DNA of 64,000 nt from Pseudobdellovibrionaceae bacterium. GTDB taxonomy: Bacteria; Bdellovibrionota; Bdellovibrionia; Bdellovibrionales; Bdellovibrionaceae. Under the pieces are notes generated by a model, which saw only the letters and a program-made list of their open reading frames with translations, ran no database searches and was not told the origin of the DNA. Location: NCBI GenBank assembly GCA_044359815.1, contig JBIKLL010000001.1, positions 64,001-128,000 on the forward strand, written 5' to 3'. Shown piece after piece: positions 28,830-37,534 of this stretch. Within the stretch, counting starts at the first letter, position 1, and each line of letters opens with the position of its first letter. The translations under genes and the position numbers were made by a program.

Positions 28830-29320
28830 GATTTTTTGATTCTTTGCTTTACCGATAAATGCAGCTGAAATTCGGCAACCTTTTCAGTCATGCTTTTGCT
28901 GGGAACGATAGCATAAGAATGAAACAGTTTGGTTTCCCGTTGTTTGGTGTTGATGCAAAGATCGATCAGCTCCTCAACCCCTTGACCCTGTTCGCAAACA
29001 AAATAAACATCACCTTCTGCTCGCTTTAAAAACTGCGCTTGAAAATCCTTGAACAGAAAATCAACCTTGAGTTTTCTTCTTTGAATGATTTCGACAGCCT
29101 TAAAAGCAACACACAGCTCACCACCAATACACAATGCTCCAAAATACATCGCATTGAGATGGTTTTTAGTCTTTCTGGATAATGGAATCTTGATGATGGT
29201 TTTATCTGGCCCCAGTTCAATCACTGAAGGCTGAACCCACCAAATCAATGGCAGCTTCAAAAAAGTAAAAAATCGTAAAAAGGCTGTGGCTTTTAAACTG
29301 TCAAAATTAAATAAACTCAT
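28826..29320 (-). CDS. Hotdog-fold thioesterase-like protein (DUF4442/PaaI)
   Basis: TKNHLNAMYFGAL, FLKRAEGDVYF. Confidence 0.85.
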   Translation of the reverse strand: MSLFNFDSLKATAFLRFFTFLKLPLIWWVQPSVIELGPDKTIIKIPLSRKTKNHLNAMYFGALCIGGELCVAFKAVEIIQRRKLKVDFLFKDFQAQFLKRAEGDVYFVCEQGQGVEELIDLCINTKQRETKLFHSYAIVPSKSMTEKVAEFQLHLSVKQRIKKS

Positions 29321-29469
29321 AGAACAAATCTAAATCTGTAAATCCGTTTTGACCAGCATAAAAAAGCCGGGTCCTGCATCAGCGTCAATAAAACTTTAAC
29401 TGGCCAGCTTCGCCTTCGATTAATTTAAATTTTAAAAAACAAGATTCACTTCTTAATTTGATGTTTATC

Positions 29470-29500
29470 AAAAAAATCGGCGGACCTAAGCCCGCCGATT
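29470..29500 (-). terminator. Intrinsic terminator downstream of the porin-like gene
   Basis: AATCGGCGG/CCGCCGATT stem running into a T tract on the minus strand. Confidence 0.75.
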
Positions 29501-29554
29501 CTACTCTTATGATAAAGAGTGTTGAATTGCCATCTCCCCATATCTAAATACTAA

Positions 29555-30568
29555 TTATTTAGATGTCCCTCTTTTTTCACGTCTTGCAGACTCATGAGAT
29601 ACTTTTGCAGCAGCTCTAAGTCCTAAAGTCGTCGTGTCTGCGCCCCCTGAAACCCATGTTTTTCTGACCTCTGGTCCAAACATTAGGTATTTTCCGACTT
29701 GGAATTTATAGGCCAAGCCAAGCTCTTTTGCGTTGTTATCAATCAATTGATAATCAACAACAACTGTACCAGCTGAAACTTTCATACTGGCTCCCACTTG
29801 AGCAGCGTATTCTGAATTTGGATGAGCAGGATTGTTTTTAAATTTAATCCCCTGTGCCCAAATTTCGTACCCACCCTCAGTGTTTGAATACACTAAACCA
29901 AGGCTGTATCTTTTTTCATTATCAGAACTGCCAGCAGTTTCTTGAGTCATTGCCGACATCTGAGCTTTAAGTTCCTTGGTAATTTTAGCTGTGACCTTTA
30001 CTGACAAACCTTTTTCATCAGCAATGTCAAAATCATCAGCTCCGTTTTCATAGACACTCAAGGCAACTTGCTCGATCACGTCTAAAACATTCACTGGAAC
30101 TAAAAATGTCAGACCGATTTTATATTTATTTTCGGCGACACCATTTCCGTACAGCAAACTGTCTTCGGGAATAGCTAATTGATCAATGCGTTGACCAAAA
30201 GCCATTCTCTGTTTACCCGCAATCATCACGACTCTGGTTGTACCCAAAGCTTCACCCAATTCATATCGAACACTTAGGTCCTCAACGATTTGAGCAATTT
30301 CAAGACGGGTCAAATCTTGTGATTCTCCGTCTTTCACCAGCAACTGCGTTGCTTTTATTTTTGCATACAGTTCTAGCCCTTTAGCTAAAACCATATTGAA
30401 CTTCACTATAGCTCGCCCACGAACATTCAGTTCGTAGTCGTTAGCGCTCTTGCCAGTCATATCCATTTGAACTGTAGCATCTACTTTGCGATCCCATGGC
30501 GCATTTTGCGCGATGGCTGTTGTTGTTAATCCTGTTAACAACAATGATGTTAGAATGTGTTTTGTCAC
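29555..30568 (-). CDS. Porin-like outer-membrane beta-barrel protein
   Basis: Signal peptide (AIA|Q), 'AGKQRMAFGQ' porin-like motif, many amphipathic strands; own terminator. Confidence 0.7.
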   Translation of the reverse strand: MTKHILTSLLLTGLTTTAIAQNAPWDRKVDATVQMDMTGKSANDYELNVRGRAIVKFNMVLAKGLELYAKIKATQLLVKDGESQDLTRLEIAQIVEDLSVRYELGEALGTTRVVMIAGKQRMAFGQRIDQLAIPEDSLLYGNGVAENKYKIGLTFLVPVNVLDVIEQVALSVYENGADDFDIADEKGLSVKVTAKITKELKAQMSAMTQETAGSSDNEKRYSLGLVYSNTEGGYEIWAQGIKFKNNPAHPNSEYAAQVGASMKVSAGTVVVDYQLIDNNAKELGLAYKFQVGKYLMFGPEVRKTWVSGGADTTTLGLRAAAKVSHESARREKRGTSK

Positions 30569-30641
30569 ATTTTCCCCCTTAGGTTGGTTAGTGGTTTTAT
30601 TTTCCCCATCACGAAATCAATTTTCGTGTTTTTCCCAGCAT

Positions 30642-30658
30642 TACAATTACAGTGCCAA
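30642..30658 (-). promoter_or_regulatory. Candidate sigma-54 (-24/-12) promoter
   Basis: TTGGCACTGTAATTGTA versus consensus TTGGCAC-N5-TTGCW; about 70 nt upstream of the porin-like gene. Confidence 0.5.
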
Positions 30659-30901
30659 GTTTCAGCACCTGTTGATTTTGATTTGAAGCTGTTTTTCAAA
30701 ACTCACCGGGAATTTTTTGCTTTTCAAAAAAGCGCAGAAAGTCACCTGCGACCAGATTTGCTGAAGGATTTCAGGAACTTCTTTTTTTTACGCGACTGTG
30801 TACCAATTTTTGACACTTGATAAATCTTTACATTTTAAACTTTCATTCATTTTTATTTTTCCGTGATGGTGGCAGTATCCAAAAAATGTTTGGGGGGAAA
30901 C

Positions 30902-31912
30902 ATGAGAATAAATAAACATTTTGTTTTTGTTTTTTGCTTAGCCATTTCTTACTCGGCCTCAGCATTGGATTTATCCTGGAGTCACAATGGCTCTAAAATG
31001 CCCACTGATTTAATTAATCAATTACTTAAACATCAAGACCTAACGGTGCTGGACAATTACTTTGGAGTTGTTGATTGCTCCGTTGAGGACTTTCAGTATG
31101 ATACTGAGCTTTCCATCCAACAAAAATTAGCCTTGATAGATAAAGCACAAAACCGAGAAAGTTTTTGCGAGGCCGCTCAAGCCTATTATTCACTGACAAC
31201 GGAATTTTTGCCTCACAACATTTATGGGTACGTTGGATCGATTATCAATCTGATTTTGGCCAGGGACTATGTCTCGGCCACTGACACAGCCAACGAATTT
31301 TTATCACGCCACAATCACAGTCAAAATGAACAATCCGTCAGAGTTTTGCTGCTGATTGCGGCCTATCACAGATCTTTGGATGAAGGCATTCAATTTAACC
31401 AAGTCAAAACAGCTGACTTTTTAGGTCTGCATGCAGACCAAGTTCCCAAAAAAGAGCTTTCATACAATCTGAGCGTTCGCAGTTATTTGGAATTATTTCC
31501 AAAGGGGCAATACATAGAACTGGTTAATAAAATGCAAAAAAACGCTCGCATACAATATTGCCGTCATCAACTGAATGTGGCCTCCTATCGAATTCAGCGA
31601 AATGACTATGTTGCAGCCATCGAAGTCCTAGATCCCGTACTGAAAAATTACGGCTATTTGACTGAAATTTTGCCTGAAGCTCTTTATCTGGAGGTTGCTG
31701 CGCAATCTGGGCTGTCTAAAGCGGTTTTGCATACGGATTCAATTGAAGACACAAAAATCTGGATGTGGACCGGCCAGGAACCTGGTTCGCCGATAGATAG
31801 AAAGAAAATTTCACTATCAGCTTGGGAAAGCGCCACTGATTTTGCAAAATCATTGAAAGCAAAATTTCCTGCAAGCTCGTGGAATAAAAAAGCCCAAGAT
31901 TTATTGAAATAA
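30902..31912 (+). CDS. Divergent BamD/YfiO-like TPR protein with a non-lipoprotein signal peptide
   Basis: TPR-like helices, 'YLELFPKGQY', 'HQLNVASY...DYVAA', 'EALY', 'KFPASSW'. Start set at ATG 30902 after GGGGG. Confidence 0.6.
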   Translation: MRINKHFVFVFCLAISYSASALDLSWSHNGSKMPTDLINQLLKHQDLTVLDNYFGVVDCSVEDFQYDTELSIQQKLALIDKAQNRESFCEAAQAYYSLTTEFLPHNIYGYVGSIINLILARDYVSATDTANEFLSRHNHSQNEQSVRVLLLIAAYHRSLDEGIQFNQVKTADFLGLHADQVPKKELSYNLSVRSYLELFPKGQYIELVNKMQKNARIQYCRHQLNVASYRIQRNDYVAAIEVLDPVLKNYGYLTEILPEALYLEVAAQSGLSKAVLHTDSIEDTKIWMWTGQEPGSPIDRKKISLSAWESATDFAKSLKAKFPASSWNKKAQDLLK

Positions 31913-31944
31913 ATTTTGTACCCAACAATATTCTGGAAGATTCC

Positions 31945-31977
31945 ATGACAGACTGTTTGCTGTCATTGGGCTTTTAT
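31945..31977 (+). promoter_or_regulatory. Candidate operator / Pho-box-like site upstream of the VTC operon
   Basis: Inverted repeat ATGACAG-N8-CTGTCAT; also CTGTCAT-N4-CTTTTAT at 11-bp spacing. Confidence 0.4.
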
Positions 31978-32021
31978 GCTACGCCCTGTGTTGAAGCTAG
32001 TTTCGATGATTAGGGGGATCG

Positions 32022-32705
32022 ATGTTAGATTTTTCTGTATTGAACTCAACCATGTCCAATCCAACCTTGTTTTCTGTGATTTACGCGTTTTTATTGTCTT
32101 TCGTACTGGGCACTGTCGTTGCTGTCGTTTACGTCATGACTTTTCAGGGACTGAGTTATTCCAGAAATTTTTTGCATGTTTTGGTTCTTTGCCCAATTGT
32201 GGTTGCTATAGCTATGCAAGCAATCGGCGATAATGTGGCCAGAGGAATCGGCATGATTGGCGCCATATCCTTACTGAGATTCAGAACCAGCATCAAGGAC
32301 CCCAGAGACACATTTTTTATTTTTGCATCATTAGCAGCAGGACTTTCCAGTGGTGTGCATGCTTATTCAATTGCTGTGATGGGCACTATATGTTTTTCGA
32401 TTGCGGTGTTTATACTTTCAAAGTCATCATTTGCATCCGGGCCACAGTTTGACGGATTGCTCAGATTTAATATTGAGACTAAGGCCGAAGAACAGCGTAG
32501 AATCGAGAATATCATTGAAAAAACCTGTAAGAATTTTGCCCTGGTTTCTATCAGGGAAATGTCACAGGGCGGCCGTTTGGATTTTGCCTATCAAGTAAAA
32601 TTAAAAAAAGGTTTTAAAACTAACGACATCGTCACTGAAATTGGCAAAATGGAAAACGTAAGAGGCCTAAATCTGACGATGCAAGAATCAATCATCGAGG
32701 TTTAA
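32022..32705 (+). CDS. DUF4956 family membrane protein (MgtC-like TM region plus C-terminal ACT-like domain)
   Basis: GAISLLRFRTSIKDPRD signature; TM helices followed by a soluble beta/alpha domain. Confidence 0.88.
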   Translation: MLDFSVLNSTMSNPTLFSVIYAFLLSFVLGTVVAVVYVMTFQGLSYSRNFLHVLVLCPIVVAIAMQAIGDNVARGIGMIGAISLLRFRTSIKDPRDTFFIFASLAAGLSSGVHAYSIAVMGTICFSIAVFILSKSSFASGPQFDGLLRFNIETKAEEQRRIENIIEKTCKNFALVSIREMSQGGRLDFAYQVKLKKGFKTNDIVTEIGKMENVRGLNLTMQESIIEV

Positions 32706-34469
32706 ATGGATTTAATTAAAAAACTAAAAACTGTGCTTAGGGAAGAAATTTTTGAAAACAACAATCAGGTTTTATTTTTTTCTTGGATAGGTGCGATTTG
32801 TTTAGTGCTAACAATAGGACTTTACCTGGGCACCCAAACTAAAAGCTTTCTGGGAGTGGCCGAATCCAGAGAATCCCACATTAATTTTGAAAACCCCGTA
32901 GAAATCCGAGCCGTCCACGTCATACCTGGAAAAACTGTCAAAAAAGGCGAACTGCTGATCGAGGTCAATCAAACCGATATCAATCAACGATTGCGAGAAG
33001 CAAATGATTCTCTTCAAAAACTAGAAGTTGATTTCAAACTGCGTGAAAAATTAAATTCAATCATTCAATCTGAAAACCAATCTGAAAATGACCCATTGGT
33101 ACTGCAGCTCAAACAACTGAAGAAAGAAATTGCCTATCTGGAAGCTCAGAAAAGAAATCTTTATGTTTTTGCAGAGGTTGACGGCGTTGTTGGTGCTGTG
33201 AACTTTAAAAAAGGCGAACGCGTCCCTGCCTTTTCACCCATTTTAACACTATCACCCATTCACCCAAGCTTTGTGCAAGGTTATGTGAATGAAAACATTC
33301 ACACACAAATTCAAGTGGGCCAACAGGTGAAGGTGGACTCGGTGGCGACTGGAGATCAAGCTGACGGAACCATTGTCAGCGTAGGTTCAAGGATAGTAAA
33401 TATTCCGGCAAGGCTCTTACATAACCCCAACATCGTTAGCTGGGGACGAGAAATCACAGTCTCACTGGATAACAGTGGCAAATTTTTGTTGGGAGAAAAA
33501 GTACAAATAAAGCCCTTTTGGGCAATCCTAAAAATGTCATCGGCCATTGCGGAAACTCAGCCACCCTCCAGCAAAAAGCCATCCGCTCAAGATCCAGCCA
33601 AATTGGAAATTTCGGAAAGCATTTTAGACCACATGGCCGTCGAACCTTCAGGTTTAGTGTACTTAGCCGACCTGAAAAAATATTTAGTTATTTCAGATGA
33701 AAGCAGATCCCTGCTGCTAATGTCTGAAGAAGGCGTTATTGATGACACCTTCAATGCCATGGGCCTAGAGGATGTCGATGACCTTGAGTCAGTTTCCGTT
33801 GATGGTGATTTGGTTTATTTATTGTCCTCAATGAGCAATTCTAAAAAAGGCAAAGCCGTTAAAAATCGTGAATATCTTGTGGTGTTGGAGCGACAAGGCC
33901 TGGACTTTAAATTAAAATATAAAATGAACTTCAAAAAAGCTTTATTGAAAGCTTTCAAAAATTCTCAAATGTCTGAACTGCAAGAAATTGAAAACACTGT
34001 AGTGAATTCTGATGCCAAACCTGATGATCTGGAAATTGAAGCGCACTTTGTAAACAACAACAAAATGTTTATGATTTTGAAAAAGCCAAAAATGAAAAAC
34101 AACCAGGTCAGTGTTATAATCATTAATGATCTGCAGAAAACTTTATTGACTAAAATAATCGAGCCTCAGCAGATTAAAGTATGGCAGAATTTAGTTTTCC
34201 CAGAAAATTTACCTTACGATAATTTCGCAGTCTCTGATATGGCACTGGTGGGCCCAGATATTTATCTGACCACATCATGCTCTAAGGAACTGTGCAGTGC
34301 AGTTTGGAAATACTCAGCTGCCTCAAAAGGTCGATCATTGGAATTAATCAGATCATTTAACAGCGGAAAACTGGAAGGTCTGTCAAAGACTGCTTCAGAA
34401 TCCGAGCTGATGGGAGTCTTTGATGATGATGGCAGAAACCCCAGATATGTTAAAATCAGTATTCAATAA
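32706..34469 (+). CDS. HlyD-family periplasmic adaptor fused to a C-terminal beta-propeller (DUF3616/YjiK/phytase-like)
   Basis: TM anchor, split lipoyl halves (VIPGKTVKKGELL; AEVDGVVGAVNFKKGERV), helical hairpin, beta-barrel. Then acidic blade motifs EPSG, DLES, IEA, VSD, KLEG, FDD. Confidence 0.8.
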   Translation: MDLIKKLKTVLREEIFENNNQVLFFSWIGAICLVLTIGLYLGTQTKSFLGVAESRESHINFENPVEIRAVHVIPGKTVKKGELLIEVNQTDINQRLREANDSLQKLEVDFKLREKLNSIIQSENQSENDPLVLQLKQLKKEIAYLEAQKRNLYVFAEVDGVVGAVNFKKGERVPAFSPILTLSPIHPSFVQGYVNENIHTQIQVGQQVKVDSVATGDQADGTIVSVGSRIVNIPARLLHNPNIVSWGREITVSLDNSGKFLLGEKVQIKPFWAILKMSSAIAETQPPSSKKPSAQDPAKLEISESILDHMAVEPSGLVYLADLKKYLVISDESRSLLLMSEEGVIDDTFNAMGLEDVDDLESVSVDGDLVYLLSSMSNSKKGKAVKNREYLVVLERQGLDFKLKYKMNFKKALLKAFKNSQMSELQEIENTVVNSDAKPDDLEIEAHFVNNNKMFMILKKPKMKNNQVSVIIINDLQKTLLTKIIEPQQIKVWQNLVFPENLPYDNFAVSDMALVGPDIYLTTSCSKELCSAVWKYSAASKGRSLELIRSFNSGKLEGLSKTASESELMGVFDDDGRNPRYVKISIQ

Positions 34470-35685
34470 GCTGCAAACCCTTGGGTGCTTTTTTTCTGTT
34501 TTGACAGGCACCTTAGCTGCACAAACAACATCTGCACAATCGACCAGTCGTTTGCTGAACCAAATGGAAAAGTCGTTTTACCAAAAACAAATTGAATCCA
34601 CACTGAATAGCTCTGGCTGGTCTCCGTTTCTGGCCGTGGAATTAACTGTCGGCACTGAGGATTCAATTAAAAAAGACAAAAACGACGAGCAGTTCAAACA
34701 AAACTCAAGTAGCCTGGGATTAAAGTTTAAGCCCAAATCATTAGATGAGCTGCGAATAGAAAAATCTGAAAGACTAACTACCATCGAAAACATTAAGCAC
34801 TATTCTGAGGGACAAAAGGTATTGTCAGCCCACTTGGCTGCGCTGGATTTTTGGTTCTTGCTAAAAAAGAGTCAGCAAATTCAAGAAATGATTGCCTTGG
34901 GCGACAAACACTCAAAATCCCATATTTTTTCGGCCAGTGTTGGAAAATCAGACATAAACAAAATTATGAATTCCAAATTAGCATGGGTCCGGTTAAAAAA
35001 TGAAGCCACTGAACTGAACCAAATCCGCCAATCAAAGCTGGAACAGTTCAAATCCTTGGATCCTGAGTTTTCAGAAAAAGATTTTTTAAAAGATCCCTTT
35101 ATTGACGTTTTGTACATCGACAATCAGTTAAAAAACATTTCTGACTCAGAAATCACTGTATCCAGTCAGTTTAGAGCCTCTCAATTACAAAATGAACAGA
35201 CCCGATTCGCCATCGAACAGGCACGAAGCCAAGCCCTGATTAACAATTTTGAAATTGCCAGAACCCAACACCCAAACGGTGAATCTGATTTGGAATTTAA
35301 GGTAACTTTGAATCTGCCATTTTTTGCCAGTGATTCCCAGCAAACAGCGAAAGTCCTTTCTCAAATCAGTAAAATTCAAACAGGTTCACTGGCCACTGGC
35401 TCTCAGCAATCAGGAACAAAGGTTCTGAGGGTCCATGTTCAGTCTTTGATTGAAAATTACTATTCGCTAAGCAAGTTTTTAACAAATCCTAATTTTCAAA
35501 AGCTTTTTCAATCTTCCGACCCTCAGGTGACTATAGAAAATCTGACTGAAATGTCTAAAATAAAAATCGAAACAAATGACTTGGAAAAACAAATTATAGG
35601 TTCGTATTTTCAACTGCTGTTTGAATCTGGAAAAATGGCTTCAGGCAGTAATTTTTTGATAAAATCAGATAAGGTGATTAAATGA
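34447..35685 (+). CDS. TolC-like outer-membrane efflux channel (divergent)
   Basis: Signal peptide; two repeats of helix / beta-hairpin / long coiled coil; 'VTLNLPFF' TolC-like strand end; follows a HlyD-type gene. Start uncertain (34420-34447). Confidence 0.6.
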   Translation: MLKSVFNKLQTLGCFFSVLTGTLAAQTTSAQSTSRLLNQMEKSFYQKQIESTLNSSGWSPFLAVELTVGTEDSIKKDKNDEQFKQNSSSLGLKFKPKSLDELRIEKSERLTTIENIKHYSEGQKVLSAHLAALDFWFLLKKSQQIQEMIALGDKHSKSHIFSASVGKSDINKIMNSKLAWVRLKNEATELNQIRQSKLEQFKSLDPEFSEKDFLKDPFIDVLYIDNQLKNISDSEITVSSQFRASQLQNEQTRFAIEQARSQALINNFEIARTQHPNGESDLEFKVTLNLPFFASDSQQTAKVLSQISKIQTGSLATGSQQSGTKVLRVHVQSLIENYYSLSKFLTNPNFQKLFQSSDPQVTIENLTEMSKIKIETNDLEKQIIGSYFQLLFESGKMASGSNFLIKSDKVIK

Positions 35686-36488
35686 GTGCCGGGCCTGTAT
35701 CACCCTTATTATTGGAAAGATACGAACTCAAGTATTTGATCCCAGCTCAACTAGTGGCACCTATCAAAAACTATATTTCTGCGTTTTGTGACATGGATTA
35801 TTATTCGCAAATTTCATCAGATGGGTATTACAAAATCAACAGTCTGTATTTGGATACGGATCAACTGACTCTGTACAAAAATAAGGTTGCTGATCTGCAC
35901 AAACGTTTTTCACTGCGAATAAGATCCTATGGGGATTTGCCAAAGCCACCCTATTATTTTGAAATCAAACAAAAAGACCGAGACTTTGTTAAAAAAATGC
36001 GAGCTAAGGTTATGACCGATGATTGGCCTCAGTTTTTTGAATCCTCAGAACATTTTGATCAACTGGATCAGGAATCCAAAAAAAATCTGCTGAGGTTTGT
36101 GGATCTGGCTCATACCTTTGGAGCGAGGCCCTTGGTTATGACCCAGTACCGACGCATGGCTTTTTTATCAACGGTTGATAATTATGCCCGAGTGACCTTT
36201 GATAAAGAACTGAAATACCATCCAGAAACTGATTACACTACAAAACCAGATGAAACCCGCATGTGCAGCTACGATGATCCTGAATGCTATGGGGACCCCT
36301 TTAGAAACATAGTTCTGGAACTAAAATGTGAACAAAAAATCCCCATGTGGTTTATAGATTTAATCAGAACATTCAGATTAGAGCGCTGTGGGTTTTCAAA
36401 ATACGGTAACGTCATTGAAACTGAATACGCCCAGGAAGAATCAGATTTGATATCCCTAGTTCCTGGGACCCGATTCTTTGGCCGGTGA
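35682..36488 (+). CDS. VTC-domain (TTM/CYTH) polyphosphate polymerase-like protein
   Basis: RYELKY, INSLYLDT, LRIRSY, FEIK, YRRMAF, RVTFD, VLELK, FSKY motifs. Confidence 0.9.
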   Translation: MSAGPVSPLLLERYELKYLIPAQLVAPIKNYISAFCDMDYYSQISSDGYYKINSLYLDTDQLTLYKNKVADLHKRFSLRIRSYGDLPKPPYYFEIKQKDRDFVKKMRAKVMTDDWPQFFESSEHFDQLDQESKKNLLRFVDLAHTFGARPLVMTQYRRMAFLSTVDNYARVTFDKELKYHPETDYTTKPDETRMCSYDDPECYGDPFRNIVLELKCEQKIPMWFIDLIRTFRLERCGFSKYGNVIETEYAQEESDLISLVPGTRFFGR

Positions 36489-36497
36489 AAATTATTT

Positions 36498-36962
36498 TTA
36501 TTTTACTTTCTTGAATCTATGGTGACTCATAGTCATAACCAAGGCACAGAAAAAAACTCCCACTGAAATCCATTTGGCAAAAGTGATCCGACCCAGCCAC
36601 TCATAAATGGGATCGGAAATATTTACCAGCAATGCCATTAAAATCAAAAGTGTTTCGGTCAGATCAATGAGTCCTGGGACAAATACCAAGTGAATTCTTT
36701 GCTTGAGCTTGGATTCGGTGCTGTTCACCACGAGCCAAAAAACCGAAGTGTACAGAAAAATAAAAAACAAATCTAAAACTTCAGTCAGTACGTATCTGGT
36801 GTGTTCAAATTCCGAAAGGCCTAAAATATAAGTCTTGGCCTGCAAAGCATCGTAATAAATCCTCAGGTCTAAAATCTGCGCTGGCATCACGATTAAAATA
36901 ACCGCGTTGCAAACAACCATTCCCACCAAAAAAGGTCTTAGATAAGGAATTTCCATAGTCAC
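36498..36962 (-). CDS. Hypothetical four-TM membrane protein
   Basis: Hydrophobic helices; 'DLFFIFLY', 'DLTE', 'AKW' pattern. Confidence 0.65.
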   Translation of the reverse strand: MTMEIPYLRPFLVGMVVCNAVILIVMPAQILDLRIYYDALQAKTYILGLSEFEHTRYVLTEVLDLFFIFLYTSVFWLVVNSTESKLKQRIHLVFVPGLIDLTETLLILMALLVNISDPIYEWLGRITFAKWISVGVFFCALVMTMSHHRFKKVK

Positions 36963-37366
36963 ACCGAATATTGGTAAGCCAATGAAATTTTGACTTCGGG
37001 ATGTAAGCTTTGATGAACTGGACAGGATTTAGCAAAGGCTTCATATTTTTTACGCTGCTCGGGGGACCAGGATTTAGGTAGTTTAATCAAGAGCTTCAAA
37101 GAACCAATTTTACGAGGCTTGTCTGTCATTTCTTTTTCAACCTCAGCCGTTGATCCCACCATACTTAAACCATCTCTTTCAACCACAATAGCCATAGTGG
37201 TTAAAATACAGCTGGCCAAGGCTGCCCCCACCAAATCCGTCGGTGAAAAGCGCTCACCCTTTCCTAAGTTGTCTTTGGGTGCGTCGGTTTCGATCTTAGA
37301 ACCGGATGGTCCGTGTGCCAGTTCGCAGTGTTTATCCCCCGTATACACAGCCTCAGACTTAACCAT
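36959..37366 (-). CDS. OsmC-family protein
   Basis: TDAPKDNLGKGERFSPTDL, two Cys (ASC; CPV). Confidence 0.9.
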   Translation of the reverse strand: MVKSEAVYTGDKHCELAHGPSGSKIETDAPKDNLGKGERFSPTDLVGAALASCILTTMAIVVERDGLSMVGSTAEVEKEMTDKPRKIGSLKLLIKLPKSWSPEQRKKYEAFAKSCPVHQSLHPEVKISLAYQYSV

Positions 37367-37401
37367 ATGGTCTCCTTGCCAACAGTTAAAAATTTAAAAA
37401 T

Positions 37402-37477
37402 TGGTGACCCCACCAGGACTTGAACCTGGATCTGCGGTTTAGGAAACCACTACTCTATCCAGTTGAGCTATGGGGTC
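37402..37477 (-). tRNA. tRNA-Arg(CCT)
   Basis: Acceptor GACCCCA/TGGGGTC, anticodon loop TTCCTAA, T arm CCAGG-TTCAAGT-CCTGG, encoded CCA. Confidence 0.96.
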
Positions 37478-37534
37478 ACTGGATGAAGTAGCAATTTATA
37501 ATCTGGAATTTGTGTGGTGTCTAATTTTTTTAGC

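Noticed and set aside
27338..37477. Prophage or ICE integrated at either tRNA
   Set aside because: No integrase, phage or conjugation genes and no att duplication found by eye.
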